DNA of 64,000 bases from Eledone cirrhosa (Eukaryota): positions 58,900,001-58,964,000 of the forward strand of contig OZ024743.1 of the NCBI GenBank assembly GCA_964016885.1. The letters run 5' to 3'. The position numbers and the translations under genes are program-made. Numbering within the stretch: the stretch's first letter is position 1; every line of letters starts with the position of its first letter. Below are positions 22,743 through 35,500 of this stretch, piece after piece. Under the pieces are notes generated by a model. It did not search any database, was not told where the DNA came from, and saw only the letters and a list, made by a program, of their open reading frames with translations.

Positions 22743-23900
22743 CAAAAATGTTTACAACAGTGCGTCAATGTAAATGACTGCTTACTGCTGTGCGCCAAAT
22801 CTATATGAATGCAGTTTACTTTGTAACCAGTCTAACAGTTTGTATCGGATCTCCATCGGCTCCGACGAGGAGAGTTCCATTTGAATCAATGAATGGACAC
22901 AACGGATCAGCGGTAACCGAACTCACGAACGTACGGTCGTGAGGCACTAAACCAAACTTGCTATTAGGTACCAAATCTAAATGACTGTTTAGTACGAAGT
23001 AGCAACTCTAAACGACTGCTTTCTGCTGTGAAATATATCGAAACGATTACTTACTACGATGCAACATATCCAAATAATTACTTGCTCTGGTGCAACAAGT
23101 GTAAAATTGACCTATAAATCGAGTCAATAAGAAAGACTATACGTAGTCGCTTTACACGTCGGAAATAAATGGCAAAACATCTTAAATCATGCACAATTAT
23201 ATAAGATAAATGAGCTGATAATGTAATCCAGATGAGACGGTCACGGCTAACACCATTTGACCATAGTTATGCATTATCACGGCTGGCATTAGATTAACCC
23301 TCACCCACACTGAAGTAAAATGACTGGAAATATTTCAAAACATATTTAACAATCATTACTATATATATTTTCGCGCACACACACATAGTTTTCAGCCCCT
23401 ATGGGCTACAGATAGAAACAAAATAAGAGCACGCGAAGATGCTGGTTAGTTTATTTATATAACAGCAATAAATATTCAAAACACTCTGCAACAATGTAAA
23501 AAAGATACAAATTTACAGATCAATTTAATATACTGTCTCGTAACACGAATCAAAGAGATAAATATATTGACAGTAATAATTGGTTAAATAAACAACTGAA
23601 CATTTGGCATATCGAAGATTCCAAAGAGATGAAAAAAGAATAACTCTCGTTAATGCCTAAGGATTAAGTTGGTCAGTTGTGATTCAGCGGGTTTAGATTT
23701 ATATTACTTTTATATACGTCTAACTATTAATCGTTAGTCGATACCCACCCTAGTGAGACATCACGACTAAGATGAAAGAGCTCAGGTCGCATGAATGCTT
23801 CTCCAGAATAGTGCGATGTGTAGTATAGGAGAGAAGTGAGATACCATTAATTCCATACGAAAAATCATCGACCCAACCACCTAATAGAAATAACTATAAC

Positions 23901-23947
<47 letters not shown>

Positions 23948-24320
23948 AATATGTATGTGTGTGTGTGGGGGGGGGGGGCGAACTCAGCACGGTGCATCTT
24001 TGGAATGTGCAGTTTTGCTATTGGTGTGGTCTATTTCTATTATTTTGAGAGTACATTCCACAATCAGTATATATTACCTAGTATTTCTATTTCATGTATG
24101 TTGAGTATATTTCTAAATCCTGAGATTTCTGTTATGTATCCACCCACATGTTTTTGTGTCATTCCCAAAACACATGTTATTATAAGGATTGTTGCTGCTT
24201 TCATCATCCATATTTGGAATATGCCTCCATTCGATTGATATATATATATATATATATAGGAAAAGAGTCAGGACACCGAGGGCTGAGCTCCGTCCGTTTC
24301 AACAGCTAGATGTGAACTAA

Positions 24321-24371
<51 letters not shown>

Positions 24372-24959
24372 CATGGCGTGCGGCGTTGTAGCAAATGGGA
24401 TACATATGAATAAAATTAGAGCGAGAAGACAGGGCGTCGGTCATCAGTGATCTTCCAGCCGTCATTCGTATTTCTTCGCATTAAAGATCATATACCTCCG
24501 TTTGATGCGAGCAATAACTAAAAAAGTTATTGGGATATGTAGAATAGGGAGAAGCGAGCGAGACATGTAAACAAACAGAGATGGTAATGCAACGGAAAGA
24601 GAGGAATAGGAGAAACAAATCCATGATATCTGTGAACTTAAGTTCTATCAAATCATGGACGAGGAGAGACACAGACGCGTCCGAGCCATGTGAGATGTAA
24701 GCGAGAAAAAGATATCACACAAGTCAGACGGGAGGAAGTGAGTCCCCTCTCTCACTTTGAGAGAACCAAGGAGTTGTAGGTACATAAGGCTGGTTAAATC
24801 TATACAGATGTAGATCCTTAACCCGAGCCTGGGCCTTTTGGTTAAGTAAGTTTACGCAGGAGGGTATATTTTTTTATAGTTCTTATTAAGCTCCTTAAGA
24901 ACGAAAGAGTTGTAGGTTTCAGGAGGCATGGTGTATAGATTTTTGGTTTTGTCAGACAT

Positions 24960-25902
24960 AACATGTCCTATATTGGCTCTACCTCTAACCCTTTTAAGGT
25001 ACACTATAACGCGCACTTATTTTCCTTCCGAGACCCTAGCAATAGATGCTCAACATCTCTAGCTAGGCTCATTAAAATCCTTAAATTAAGCAACATTGCA
25101 CACTCACTAACATGGGATATCTTGGCTAGATCCCCAGCGTTCAACGGACGAAGAAACTGTTGTGATCTATGTCTTACAGGGGCCTATTACATAACTCTGT
25201 CACGACCACAACCTATTAATGATAGAAATGAGGTAACTATTAACTGTTACCATCGAAAGGCAAATTCCTTCGCCAACAGAATATTTGACCCAACATAGTC
25301 ATCAAATCTCGCCATTACATATAGCTAGCGTGTTAAATATTTAACTGAGACTGTTACCTCCCTTACATTGTCTCACATTAAAGCCTATTAGCATTACTTA
25401 GTTATAAATCACCTAGAAATTTTAATTAGTAAGGTAAATTTCCTAAAGTGGCCATTTTATTACGCATAGGCAGACCTTGCTCAATCCAGCCTCGACAGAA
25501 GCCTAATGCTTGCTTATAGCAGACATTTGGCACACCCAAGAACCCTTTCGTGAAATACCAATATATGTAACATCACCTTCACGTAATCACCATACTTTAC
25601 TTTATTTTATATTCCTTATTCCATCTTAACCTTATCAATATTTTCATTATCTCATTTGAAGTTCTGAAGAGCTGCTCGATTATATTACCTAAGTTACCTA
25701 TCTTCATCTGAACCAGATCAATAATGATCAATTGATCCAGAAATATTATATGGAGTAGCGAAACAATTGTAAACAAACATTATTATTCCTTACTTTAAAC
25801 TATAATTACACTCCTTATTCCTTACATTAAACTGCAAACATGTTGACACTCTTTAACTAACGTCTCCCTTGTGAATGTTGTGGTCTTGTTTTGCTTAACT
25901 AA

Positions 25903-25905
<3 letters not shown>
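24960..25905 (+). mobile_element. Penelope-like element 3' end (GIY-YIG remnant + terminal repeat with hammerhead)
   Basis: ORF 24963-25298: SYIGSTSNPFK..YNAH..SF, TSLA, W.IL, CDLCL, CYH. Ends at (TA)n. Confidence 0.85.
25661..25774 (+). ncRNA. Type I hammerhead ribozyme with extended stem II
   Basis: GTT-CTGAAGA-GCTGCTC...(89-nt stem II domain)...GAGTAGC-GAAA-CAATTG-TA-AAC. Confidence 0.75.
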
Positions 25906-25974
<69 letters not shown>

Positions 25975-25975
<1 letters not shown>

Positions 25976-26962
25976 TAGCATTAAAGCCCGGCGTTGCTCG
26001 GGGTCATTAAGTTACCAAAGTTAGGTTGCACCACCCATTTTATGGCAGCACTTTTTTGTCTGCCAGGCACTGGGTGAATGAATTGCAGACCTGGAAGCAT
26101 GAGCTGCGCCAGCAGTGACAATTGTAGTTTCGCCTATGGATATTATCTCTGTGCAAAAAAGTGTTGAAATTTATTGTTTCACAGTACTTGCGCAACACGC
26201 GCGTAGACGATGCCAGCCGAACAACAGAGCTGCGATGGAGTTGTTCTGCATGGTTGTCTAATGTGTGTTTTCTAAATTTAAGTAAGTAGGGAGGGTTGTG
26301 ATATGAGGGAGAGTTAGCTGTTGTTTCTAGCAGCTTTAGTGACCTCATAGAGGATATGTGTTTTCTAAATTTAAGACAGTAGGGAGTGGTGTGATATGGG
26401 GGAGAGTTAGCTGCTGTTTCTAGCAGGTTTAGTGACCTCATAGAAGATATGTTTTCTAAATTTAAGACAGTATGGAGGGGTGTGATATGGGGGAGAGCTA
26501 GCTGCTGTTTCTAGCAGGTTTAGTGATGTCATAGAAGATATGTTTTCTAAATTTAAGACAGTAGGGAGTGGTGTGATACGGGGGAGAGTTAGCTGCTGTT
26601 TCTAGCAGGTTTAGTAACCTCATAGAGGATATGTGTTTTCTAAATTTAAGACAGTAGGGAGTGGTGTGAACGGACAGTATCACCATCAAGCTTGGAAACA
26701 GAAAGTAGCAGAAAGTATGAAGTTGTATAGATTTTGAATGGTAGTGGAAAGAGTTTAGCAGTTTAAATGACAGAGAAAAATCGTAAAATATTGAGTTTTA
26801 TCTATTTTTTGCGTCATTGTGGCTGAAATTGAAAAAATTATCTGCGTCAAGACGCAATAGAAACTATTTCGAGTGTTGAATTGTAAATTTCAATTGAAGA
26901 AATTCTATATCGTAGATTTCTATAACGAAAGAGCTTGACCACACACTGAGCTTTATAGATTA

Positions 26963-26965
<3 letters not shown>
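25975..26965 (-). mobile_element. Complete non-autonomous Helitron within (TA)n
   Basis: Minus strand: 5' TC (TCATAATCTATAAAG), 3' CCCGAGCAACGCCGGG hairpin + CTAG; (TA)n on both sides. Confidence 0.8.
26262..26669. repeat. 91-93-bp minisatellite, ~4.3 copies, inside the Helitron
   Basis: TCTAAATTTAAG recurs at 26271, 26364, 26455, 26546, 26639. Confidence 0.9.
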
Positions 26966-27023
<58 letters not shown>

Positions 27024-27039
27024 CCTGCGGAATAGTTCG

Positions 27040-28090
27040 ATGAATTAGAAGACATCTTTTTATTTGCAGTTTGAACTATAATACCAGGTTGGTTAGCGTC
27101 GATCCTCCTATCAGTGCGTATTTGCATATCCTAGAGTGAGGGGGCTTTGGCATTCTCTGACACCATTTCTTGTGTACGTGTGTAACACTTTTTCTGTTTG
27201 CATTTCGTAGTATTGGCATTACTTCCAGTGTATGTTAATCCTAACTCTGTCGTGTCTATGTATATGTACTCCGTTACTTCATTCATTCATACGTCTTTGA
27301 ACTTCTGTGTATTCCAACTCCTTTATCTCATAGTTTTTCACTCGTAATTTTCCCCTCTTCAGGGTTGTTCTGGCACATTATTCTAGTCAAAATCACGTGT
27401 GAAACCATTTATTGCCTCAAGCAGCGTTTTAAGTTGTCTCACGTCTGTCGCGCACGGATTATAGCCTCCATAGACCGGAGATGCTCAATTTTCTTGCCAT
27501 AGCATTTATAACCAAGTATAGTCCTGGTTTATATCTCAGGTTATAGTGTCAATGCTAAACACAAGAGGAATTGTGGTAGGGAGTCTCCTTGAAATATTCA
27601 TCTTTCGCCTTATCTGCTGAATTCATATATAAATTCATCTTTCCCCTTATCTGCTGAATTGCTTGCCACTTATTCATGTCATATATGATGAATGTTTTTA
27701 TTCTTTGCACTACTTAGTTTATGAATGATTCTGTCAATCAATCCATGCCATGTGGGATATTTTTTCATCTTCTGCAGTTTTATGTTATCATTTTGTTGAT
27801 TAGTAATTGGTTTTTACAGGCATATGGTAGTTTGTAGCAGAATTTCTGTTCTTCTGGAAATAGAATTTGTTATCTAAGCGCTTGGTCAGTTTCTGCGATA
27901 TTATTGCAGTTAAGGTCTTTTAATTTATAGAAAGCCATATTATGGGGGTTTGCCGTAACATCATTCATGCGGTTCAGTGTGGTTTACCTCTTAGTTATCT
28001 AGTCGGGCGGCACCCCTGTCTCATTAGCATCTCATTAATTTTTATCGAATTGCACCATGTGTCTCTGTTAAATATTTCAAGCAGAAATTT
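27040..28090 (-). pseudogene. Highly decayed R4/Dong element (family B-like), not in the ORF track
   Basis: Manual minus-strand translation gives LFPEEQKFC..YACKNQLLINKMI (~27790-27865), MAWID (~27745), IFQGDSL..FLLCLAL (~27550-27600), RIDANQP (~27090). The 5' side abuts (ATT)n at 28093. Confidence 0.75.
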
Positions 28091-28667
28091 GGTATTATTA
28101 TTATTATTATCATTATTACCATTATTATCATATCAAGAGTAAGCCAAAATGATAAAAGAGATGTAATAATTTACACACCACACTTAAAACCACGCAATGA
28201 ATTCTTTTCAAAATTCCAGTATTCGCTAGTGTAAATTGATTATTTGAATTACAAAAGAAGCATTAATAGCTTGCTGCGTGGAAGCTATTTATTAAATGCA
28301 GAAACACAAAACAGCTGACTTCACTTCACATTTATCAATTATAACTTAGTGTCAAGACTTTCGTCGCACAGTCTGCCACCTGGTTACTAACAGAGTACTG
28401 AAACTAAGAAAAGAATTGACAAGAAGAAAATGATAATTATAAAGTAAAATTAACAGTTTTTCTATCATATTTTGAATATCTACAATGAGTCATCCACGAT
28501 ATAATTTCTTTAGTTTCAAGGCACTTTAACAGATCACTTGTCATAGAAGTACAAATTTAGAATTAATAGTTCAATCATCGAACTATTTGAAATGCTAAAT
28601 AATGTCGTGCGACATTATAGTAATTGTTCAAACAAGATGGGCAAATCGTGTGAGAATGTTTGTTATA

Positions 28668-28847
28668 TAATTGTTTCTACTTTAGGCACAAGGCCAGCAA
28701 TTACCCAGTGCATTACTGGTACTTTATTTTATCGACCCCGTAAGGATGAAATGCAAAGTCAACCTCGGCAGGATTTGAGCTCAGATCGTAAAGGGACGTA
28801 ACTATGCTGGAAAGCATGGCGTCTGACCCTCTACTGATACTGCCAAA
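28668..28847 (-). mobile_element. SINE, near full length
   Basis: Matches the other copies. Confidence 0.85.
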
Positions 28848-29049
28848 TGGGCATGAAATATAGTTTGGAAGTAAGAATACCAAACATAACAATTCTGTAG
28901 GCTTCACTGTTCATCAAAATAGTTTAAATTCAGTAATAGTTTGAGCATCAAATTCCAGCAGAACTTGTGAAATAAGACTGGCGTCGAAGCTCTACATTTT
29001 AATCAGATACATTTGCTTCTGTTAGAGATTTGAATGAAAAGAAACGTTA

Positions 29050-30850
29050 AGTTGCTTGATCGACATGTAGTAATAACAATTGAAGAACAAAAAACAAACA
29101 AACATACAAAAACAATGGAAATGTATACTTGTAATACAACATTAATTCGAGTGCAAAGAATGCATTAAATCGGCTAAACATGATAATTGTAAAGGAACAT
29201 TTTGTAAGGATGGAAAACTAACAGTATGGAAATACAATTATTAGAACTACTAAAACAGTTCGAGAATTGCACGAACTATCAAGAAAAATATCTTAGCATT
29301 TAGCAGTAGTGATATATACAATAACCATATTGATTTTATTCTCGACCCCCACAAATATTAATCGAAGATAAATTGTGCTAAATTCGATTATGTTCAGGTG
29401 CAGATCAATCAGGCATCATATACTATTAATACTAGTAATAAAAATCAGCTCAAAACAATCAAAATGAACGAAAACTCCAAGATAAAAGGCGATAAAAAAA
29501 ACATTCTCACGCATGACAGAATGTAAATGAAAGATAGGAAGACAAATTTCATCCTTATTGTTATTAGATGTAAATGTTCAAGATATACTTGCATGTTTTG
29601 AAGAAATACTAAGAACAGCCATCATTAAGGTAGAAAGGGAACCTTTGGATAAATAAAGATGGTAAAGATCTCTTCTTTAATCAAGTGTGATGAACAAATT
29701 GGTCTTGAATAAAGATGTTATGAATATAAAAAGAAGAAATATGTTAGGAAGCAGCTTTGGCTGGGAAATTAGTGCAGCTAAGGATACAAGAAATATGTGA
29801 AGTCATAGAAATAAGTGAGAGAGCAAATAACCTACAAAAAACATCATGCCATATATTTAAAGCTATCGAAAGAGCAAGTTACTGAATATAGATATGGACG
29901 CCTACTAACAAAAGCACATGAGGCTATTGATAGCTGGCTAGTTTACTCTGAGTGACGGTAGAGCTACAAAAGGATGATGTTAGTAATGTGTTAAACCAAT
30001 TAAGCTAGTATATTTCGAGAGACAGAGAGTACTTCAGAAGCTGATAACCAAGCAATTAGAAAACTAAAATGTAGTCAATTCCCTGGAACACTTCACGTAG
30101 ATATAGAGGGTAGAGCATAGATGTTCATCACCAACATTAAACACAATTCCGTTTTTCGAAACGGGGTTCCTAATTTCGGAATATGATGAAATATAAGGTA
30201 AAATGTAAACTATCGTTTTGATTTTCATTCTTGAATTTCTCATTTGCGTTGTAACTGCTTTTCCAAAGAAATCATAACCAAAATGTTCTATACAAATCAT
30301 ATTAAATGTATAAAGGTTAAATCAGTTGGGGAAGTGAATAGTTCGCTGATATTCTTTGTAACATAGTAAATAATTTAAAATAATCTGTCAGAATCAATTG
30401 TTGGTCAACTGGCAAAGTATGAAAAGAACAAATTTATGGGAGAAACAAAATGTACAAATTATATTATAGCCCAATCAATATTTTGCTATGTTGTACTTGC
30501 CCGAACATAACTAACAATAAATACGAAATTTAAAGAAACAGGCTTCTTTCCAATAAAAGAGGAAGGGCATCTAACATATTTCTATTTTCCACAGAATTAT
30601 ATGGACTGTTTGTAGTAGAATGTTATTATCGGACATTGTATGTTTATTCAAAGATATTCATCCGACTCCAAAGTATATTAAATGTGTTAGTAATATAATG
30701 TAATTTGGACCTATAGTGAATACGTACAAACATGGCTAATATTTTTAGATGTACTCGAATGAACAGAATAGTATTGAAACAAATTACTGCTAACGCACCA
30801 GTAATTCCGTAATATAATAAACCTTCAGTCGGTTGTACTAAACTCGCTGT
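29050..30850 (+). pseudogene. Possible ancient RTE-like LINE remnant
   Basis: NHIDFIL (~29323) and SGAD..HH-like (~29395) APE motifs; weak C-terminal RTE-like traces at 30430-30730. Very degraded. Confidence 0.3.
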
Positions 30851-32128
30851 GCAAATTGACAATGCAACTTTGTCAGAGGAAATCTATATTTAAAGTCAAA
30901 ATGAGTACCAAGTTTAATCTAAACTATAGACCAAATACGGATTCGGAGAAAGACTCTATTGTATTACAAATTTATTTCATAAACATTTGACTACGACTCA
31001 TCGTCCGAGGGAAATACCTGAAAAGAAGATAATTGATATGTATAATGTGAGGACAAATATGTCTAAAGAGTTAATATTGAGAATGAGTTGCACTGGATAA
31101 TAAATATTTAGCATGTTTAAACGTTGGTTAGAGTGAGAATATAAATGGTCTCAACGGTTTCAAATATAAACATTAGCGCTCCCACGATGAAATATGATAA
31201 GCAGTAAATCAGTTTGAAAGATCGTCGTCAGGTATAGTTATTTATCACGGATGTAACATTTGAATACAAAAATAACAAAATAATGTTTCCTAATAATACA
31301 GATCTTAAATTAATTAACAACAGTCATCAGGAGAATGATTTCCTCATTACACTGGCATTTTTCATTATTTATGAATTATTCTTTGTTGTTATGGATGCTA
31401 ACACCCAACTATTCTGCTTTTGTTGTCATTGTTGTGCTTGTCCCTATAGAAGTTGTTTTTGTTGTTACTCATTCATAAGTCGTAGTTGTTGTGGTGACTA
31501 CTATTCAAGATAGTGTTGTTGTAGTTGCCCCTATAGATGTAGTTCTCCTTGACATGTTTGCGCCTATATAAGCAATCATTGTTGTGGTTTCTTGTATAGA
31601 ATTTGATGTTGTTGTAGGTGTTCCTAAAAAATTTGTTGTCATTGTTGTGGTTGCTCCCATGAGAATTAATCTATTGTTGTGGTTGGTAATATATGAAGTT
31701 TTGTTATTGTTGTTCCTATAAAAGTCGTCGTTGATGTGACGGCCCCTGTATCAATCGCTGTTGTTTGGGTAGTTACTCCAACGGGAGTCCAATGCTGACA
31801 TTTTAGCTTCCTTGACAGGATGGTGCCAAATGGAATTGGCTAAAGATTTTATATTTATATTCCAGAAAGTTTGCTACAGAAATTGCGATTCATTACAAGT
31901 AATTAAATATGTACATATGTAAATATGTACACAAAGTGATGGATATTGTTGGAGCGCACGTGCGTGTACTCGTGAATGAAATAGTGTGTACTACATCAAG
32001 AGTCTTCAGATCACCAGAAGTGAAAACTACATACATCACATGACGTTATTGTCTTAACATCGTCTGGAGGAGTATCATTGTAACATGATAGGAGACCATA
32101 ACATTAATTCCAAGAACCTCATTACACA

Positions 32129-32202
<74 letters not shown>

Positions 32203-32487
32203 TGTGTGTATTGAAATAAAGAGATAGAAAGTTGGAGAGAGGGAGAGAGTGTGTGAGAGAGAGAGAGATGGAGAGAGAAAGAGAAGTAGAGCGAGAAAGA
32301 GGAGGAGAGAAAGAGTAGTAGAGAAAGAGAAAGAGAAAGAGAGAGAGAGTTTGCGATGCTGAGCCAGGGAGACCATTGGAATGATTTGCTGAACACACAA
32401 GCCGCAACCGTATGGTGCCATAGTCAGGATGTTACATCTCTCTCTCCCCCCTCTCTCTCTGTATATATAAATATACATAAGAGTGTA

Positions 32488-32680
32488 TCTACTATATGAA
32501 TGGCGATTTCTGTCTGTCTGTGTATCTGTGTATCTGTGTAGAACCAGTTGGCGCCTACACCAGTGATCTGATCCTGATGAAACTTTACACTCATATTAAG
32601 CTAATATTTAGAAAAAGGACTGGCTAATTTGATTTCTATAAAAATCAACAATGGAAACCCCGGGGATATCTTTGCATGGA
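32488..32680 (+). mobile_element. Helitron-like 5' end fragment
   Basis: A|TCTACTATATGAA followed by (TGTC)/(TGTATCTG) repeats, typical of non-autonomous Helitron 5' ends; no 3' end found. Confidence 0.4.
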
Positions 32681-32841
32681 GGAGGAAAAAGAAGACGTTT
32701 CAGAGAGAGAGGTGGAAGAGGGGATACTACTACACTAATATAAACCCTCCTTCCCACTACTGTCCTTCAAATCGAGGCAACCATTTATTAGAAATATATA
32801 ATGTGCGTTCAATCTCCCATCTGTAGAGAAATAGAGAGAGG

Positions 32842-32845
<4 letters not shown>

Positions 32846-32909
<64 letters not shown>
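32846..32909. repeat. (AG)n microsatellite; many (TA)n and (CA)n tracts elsewhere (e.g. 15008-15090, 17784-17879, 25908-25974, 48964-49081)
   Basis: Directly visible. Confidence 0.95.
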
Positions 32910-32913
<4 letters not shown>

Positions 32914-34280
32914 TGGTATGAGAAAAGAGAGAGAGAGAGTGGTTGAGAAAGAAAGAAAGAGATTAAGGGGAATGGGGATGGAAGAAAATGATAGCAGCGT
33001 TCGATAACTTTAACTGTTATTTATTCTTTACACACTTTCCTGAACCTTACGTCTCTTTCTCTCTCTCTTTCACACAAGACTGTGTGTGTGTGTATATGTG
33101 TGTTTTGTGTGTGTGTGAGAGAGAGAGAGAGTGTGTGTGTGTGTATTTCGTGTGTCCGCGAAGTTACAATGTCGCAAGAACGGGAGAAAATTTTGCTTCG
33201 TCAGATGTCTGGTGTGGGTCATGCATATTTCAACGCATTAAAGACAATATATATTACCCCAGTGCGTCAATAACTAAAGGAAGTTATTAGGGAAAAAGGG
33301 GGAGAGAGAGAAAAAAGTAGAAACAGAAGGGAAAAGGGAAGAAAAAGAAAACAACAGTGAAAAAACAGGAAACAACAAACCGAAGAGGGAAACCCGAAGC
33401 ACATATGTGTGAGCAACTCGAAGAAGGAGAAACCACTAAAGTCAACATCAATTACTGAACTTGAGTTAGAGATTTGTGTGGACGAGAGAAAAAGCGTCTG
33501 ATCTCCGGAAGAATAAGTGAGAAAGAGACAACTAAAGGAACAGGCGAAGGAACAGTGATGTGGCAAGCAGAGAGAGGGAGAGTGAAAGTGAGAAGGAAAA
33601 GGAGAAGGGGAAAGGAAGAAAGAGAGGGAATAGTTGATAACAACAAAATATATAAGTATAAAGAGAGAACTGGTCACGTCGAAACTTGATAAAAATTTAA
33701 GAAGAAACAGGGGCTGTGTAGTTGCTGGTTAGGTGTACTCATAAATAAGAGGAAAGCAATAACGGGAGAAAACTTTCCTTCATCAGTTGTCTGCTGGGGG
33801 TCATGGATATGTCAACGCATTGTATACAACATTAATGCTTCTATGCTTCATACCCATGGCCAATACATTTTTCTGCATGAATATTATGACTAACATTATA
33901 AAGCATTTAATACCTACATGTATCCATTTACTACACCATTTTCTTACATATTGCATGCACACTACTGTTATTAATTTTCTTGATATTATATTCTTGCTAT
34001 AACATTTTTGTTATGATTTGTTGATGTATCTAATAATGCTTATATACACCATATACCTTCTAATACTTATATTATAGCTTTCACACAAATTTTCATTATG
34101 CCTTTCATTATGCTTTAACACACATTTCCAATGCATTAAACACAATTTGATTGTTATTTATGTTGTATTTCTGCTAGGTTGTGTATATGATGTTTTACAT
34201 TGAGCTACTTATCTTACTGGTAATTGGGTAATATACAATATTACCATTATCTTATTTATATTTATATATATAAGTATAAC

Positions 34281-34376
<96 letters not shown>

Positions 34377-34755
34377 TTTACATATATACAAAGTCATAGA
34401 TATATATGTGGCAACCGGTCACGATGTGGCTCAATGAAGAAGTAATAAATTAAATAATCAGAGCAATATATCATAAATCATGTCCTTAGAAGTATTAGAT
34501 AAAATATATACCATTTCCTCTCCCAATTAGCGTAATTAACCATATAAAAAAATCAATTAGACCAGACTATAAGAATAAAGGCTCCTATGAAGAAATATTT
34601 GATAAATAACCGAAAGCGACCTCTTCGCGGTGACCACAATAGAGTATTAACCCAACATTTCAACAGCATGTAGAAACTGACCAAATATACCGTCAACCAT
34701 ACACAATTAGGTGTAAATTTAAACTTAGATGAAACGTGTACATATCGTAATTACA

Positions 34756-34833
34756 TCTCTACCATGGTTTCGTTCGTGTTTTGAGATATCCTATTATTAA
34801 GGACGAATCTAGAGTAACTAACTCATCAGGAGA
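34756..34833 (-). ncRNA. Type I hammerhead ribozyme
   Basis: TCTC-CTGATGA-GTTAGT...ACGAAC-GAAA-CCATGG-TA-GAGA on the minus strand. Confidence 0.78.
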
Positions 34834-35422
34834 CACACTCAATCGGTCAGTTAATTTTCCAAAGCGATCGCGCCAGAAATAGATTTTAAAATGGCTAAGA
34901 ATCGTGACGTGGCAGTGGTCAAGTGAGAAAGAATGTGATTAGTTGCTTACGGCGAGTAGGCTGGTTGCTAGAAAGCGCAGCCCAATATCGCCCAATTGCA
35001 TCTCAACCCAACGGGAGATTATTAAATATAAAAATTTACATATACATAAAGTCACAGATATATATGTGGCAACCGGTCACGATGTGGCTCAATGAAGAAT
35101 TAATAAATTAAATAATCAGAGCAATATATCGTAAATCATGTCCTTAGAATTATTAGATAAAATATATACCATTTCCTCTCCCATATAAAAAATCAATTAG
35201 ACCAGGCTCTAGGAATAAAGGCTCCTATAAGAATAATCTCCCGTTGGGTTGAGATGCAATTGGGCGATATTAGGCTGCGCTTTCTAGCAAGCAGCCTACT
35301 CGCCGTAAGCTACTAATCACATTCTTTCTAACTTGACCACTGCCACGTCACGATTCTTAGCCATTTTTTAAATCTATTTCTGGAGCGATCGCTTTGGAAA
35401 ATTAACTGTCCGATTGAGTCTG

Positions 35423-35500
35423 TCTTCTGATGAGTTCGTTACTCTAGATTCATCCTTAATAATAGGATATCTCAAAATACGAACGAAACCATGGTAGAGA
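35423..35500 (+). ncRNA. Type I hammerhead ribozyme
   Basis: TCTT-CTGATGA-GTTCGT...ACGAAC-GAAA-CCATGG-TA-GAGA; intact core, palindromic stem III. Confidence 0.85.

Noticed and set aside
24430-24460. Minus-strand CTGATGA as partner of the hammerhead half at 24270-24310
   Set aside because: Stems I and II do not pair.
26262-26669. Regularly spaced repeats suggestive of a CRISPR array
   Set aside because: Whole 91-93-bp units repeat with no unique spacers, there are no cas genes, and the context is eukaryotic; it is a minisatellite in a Helitron.
31400-31780. GTT-rich segment, and a ~31-bp degenerate repeat at 22950-23105, as coding or functional units
   Set aside because: Decayed low-complexity tandem repeats with no sustained ORF.
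34580-34635. ATGAAGA...CGAAA as a hammerhead or SECIS
   Set aside because: Lacks the CUGA core and consistent stems in the three related copies.
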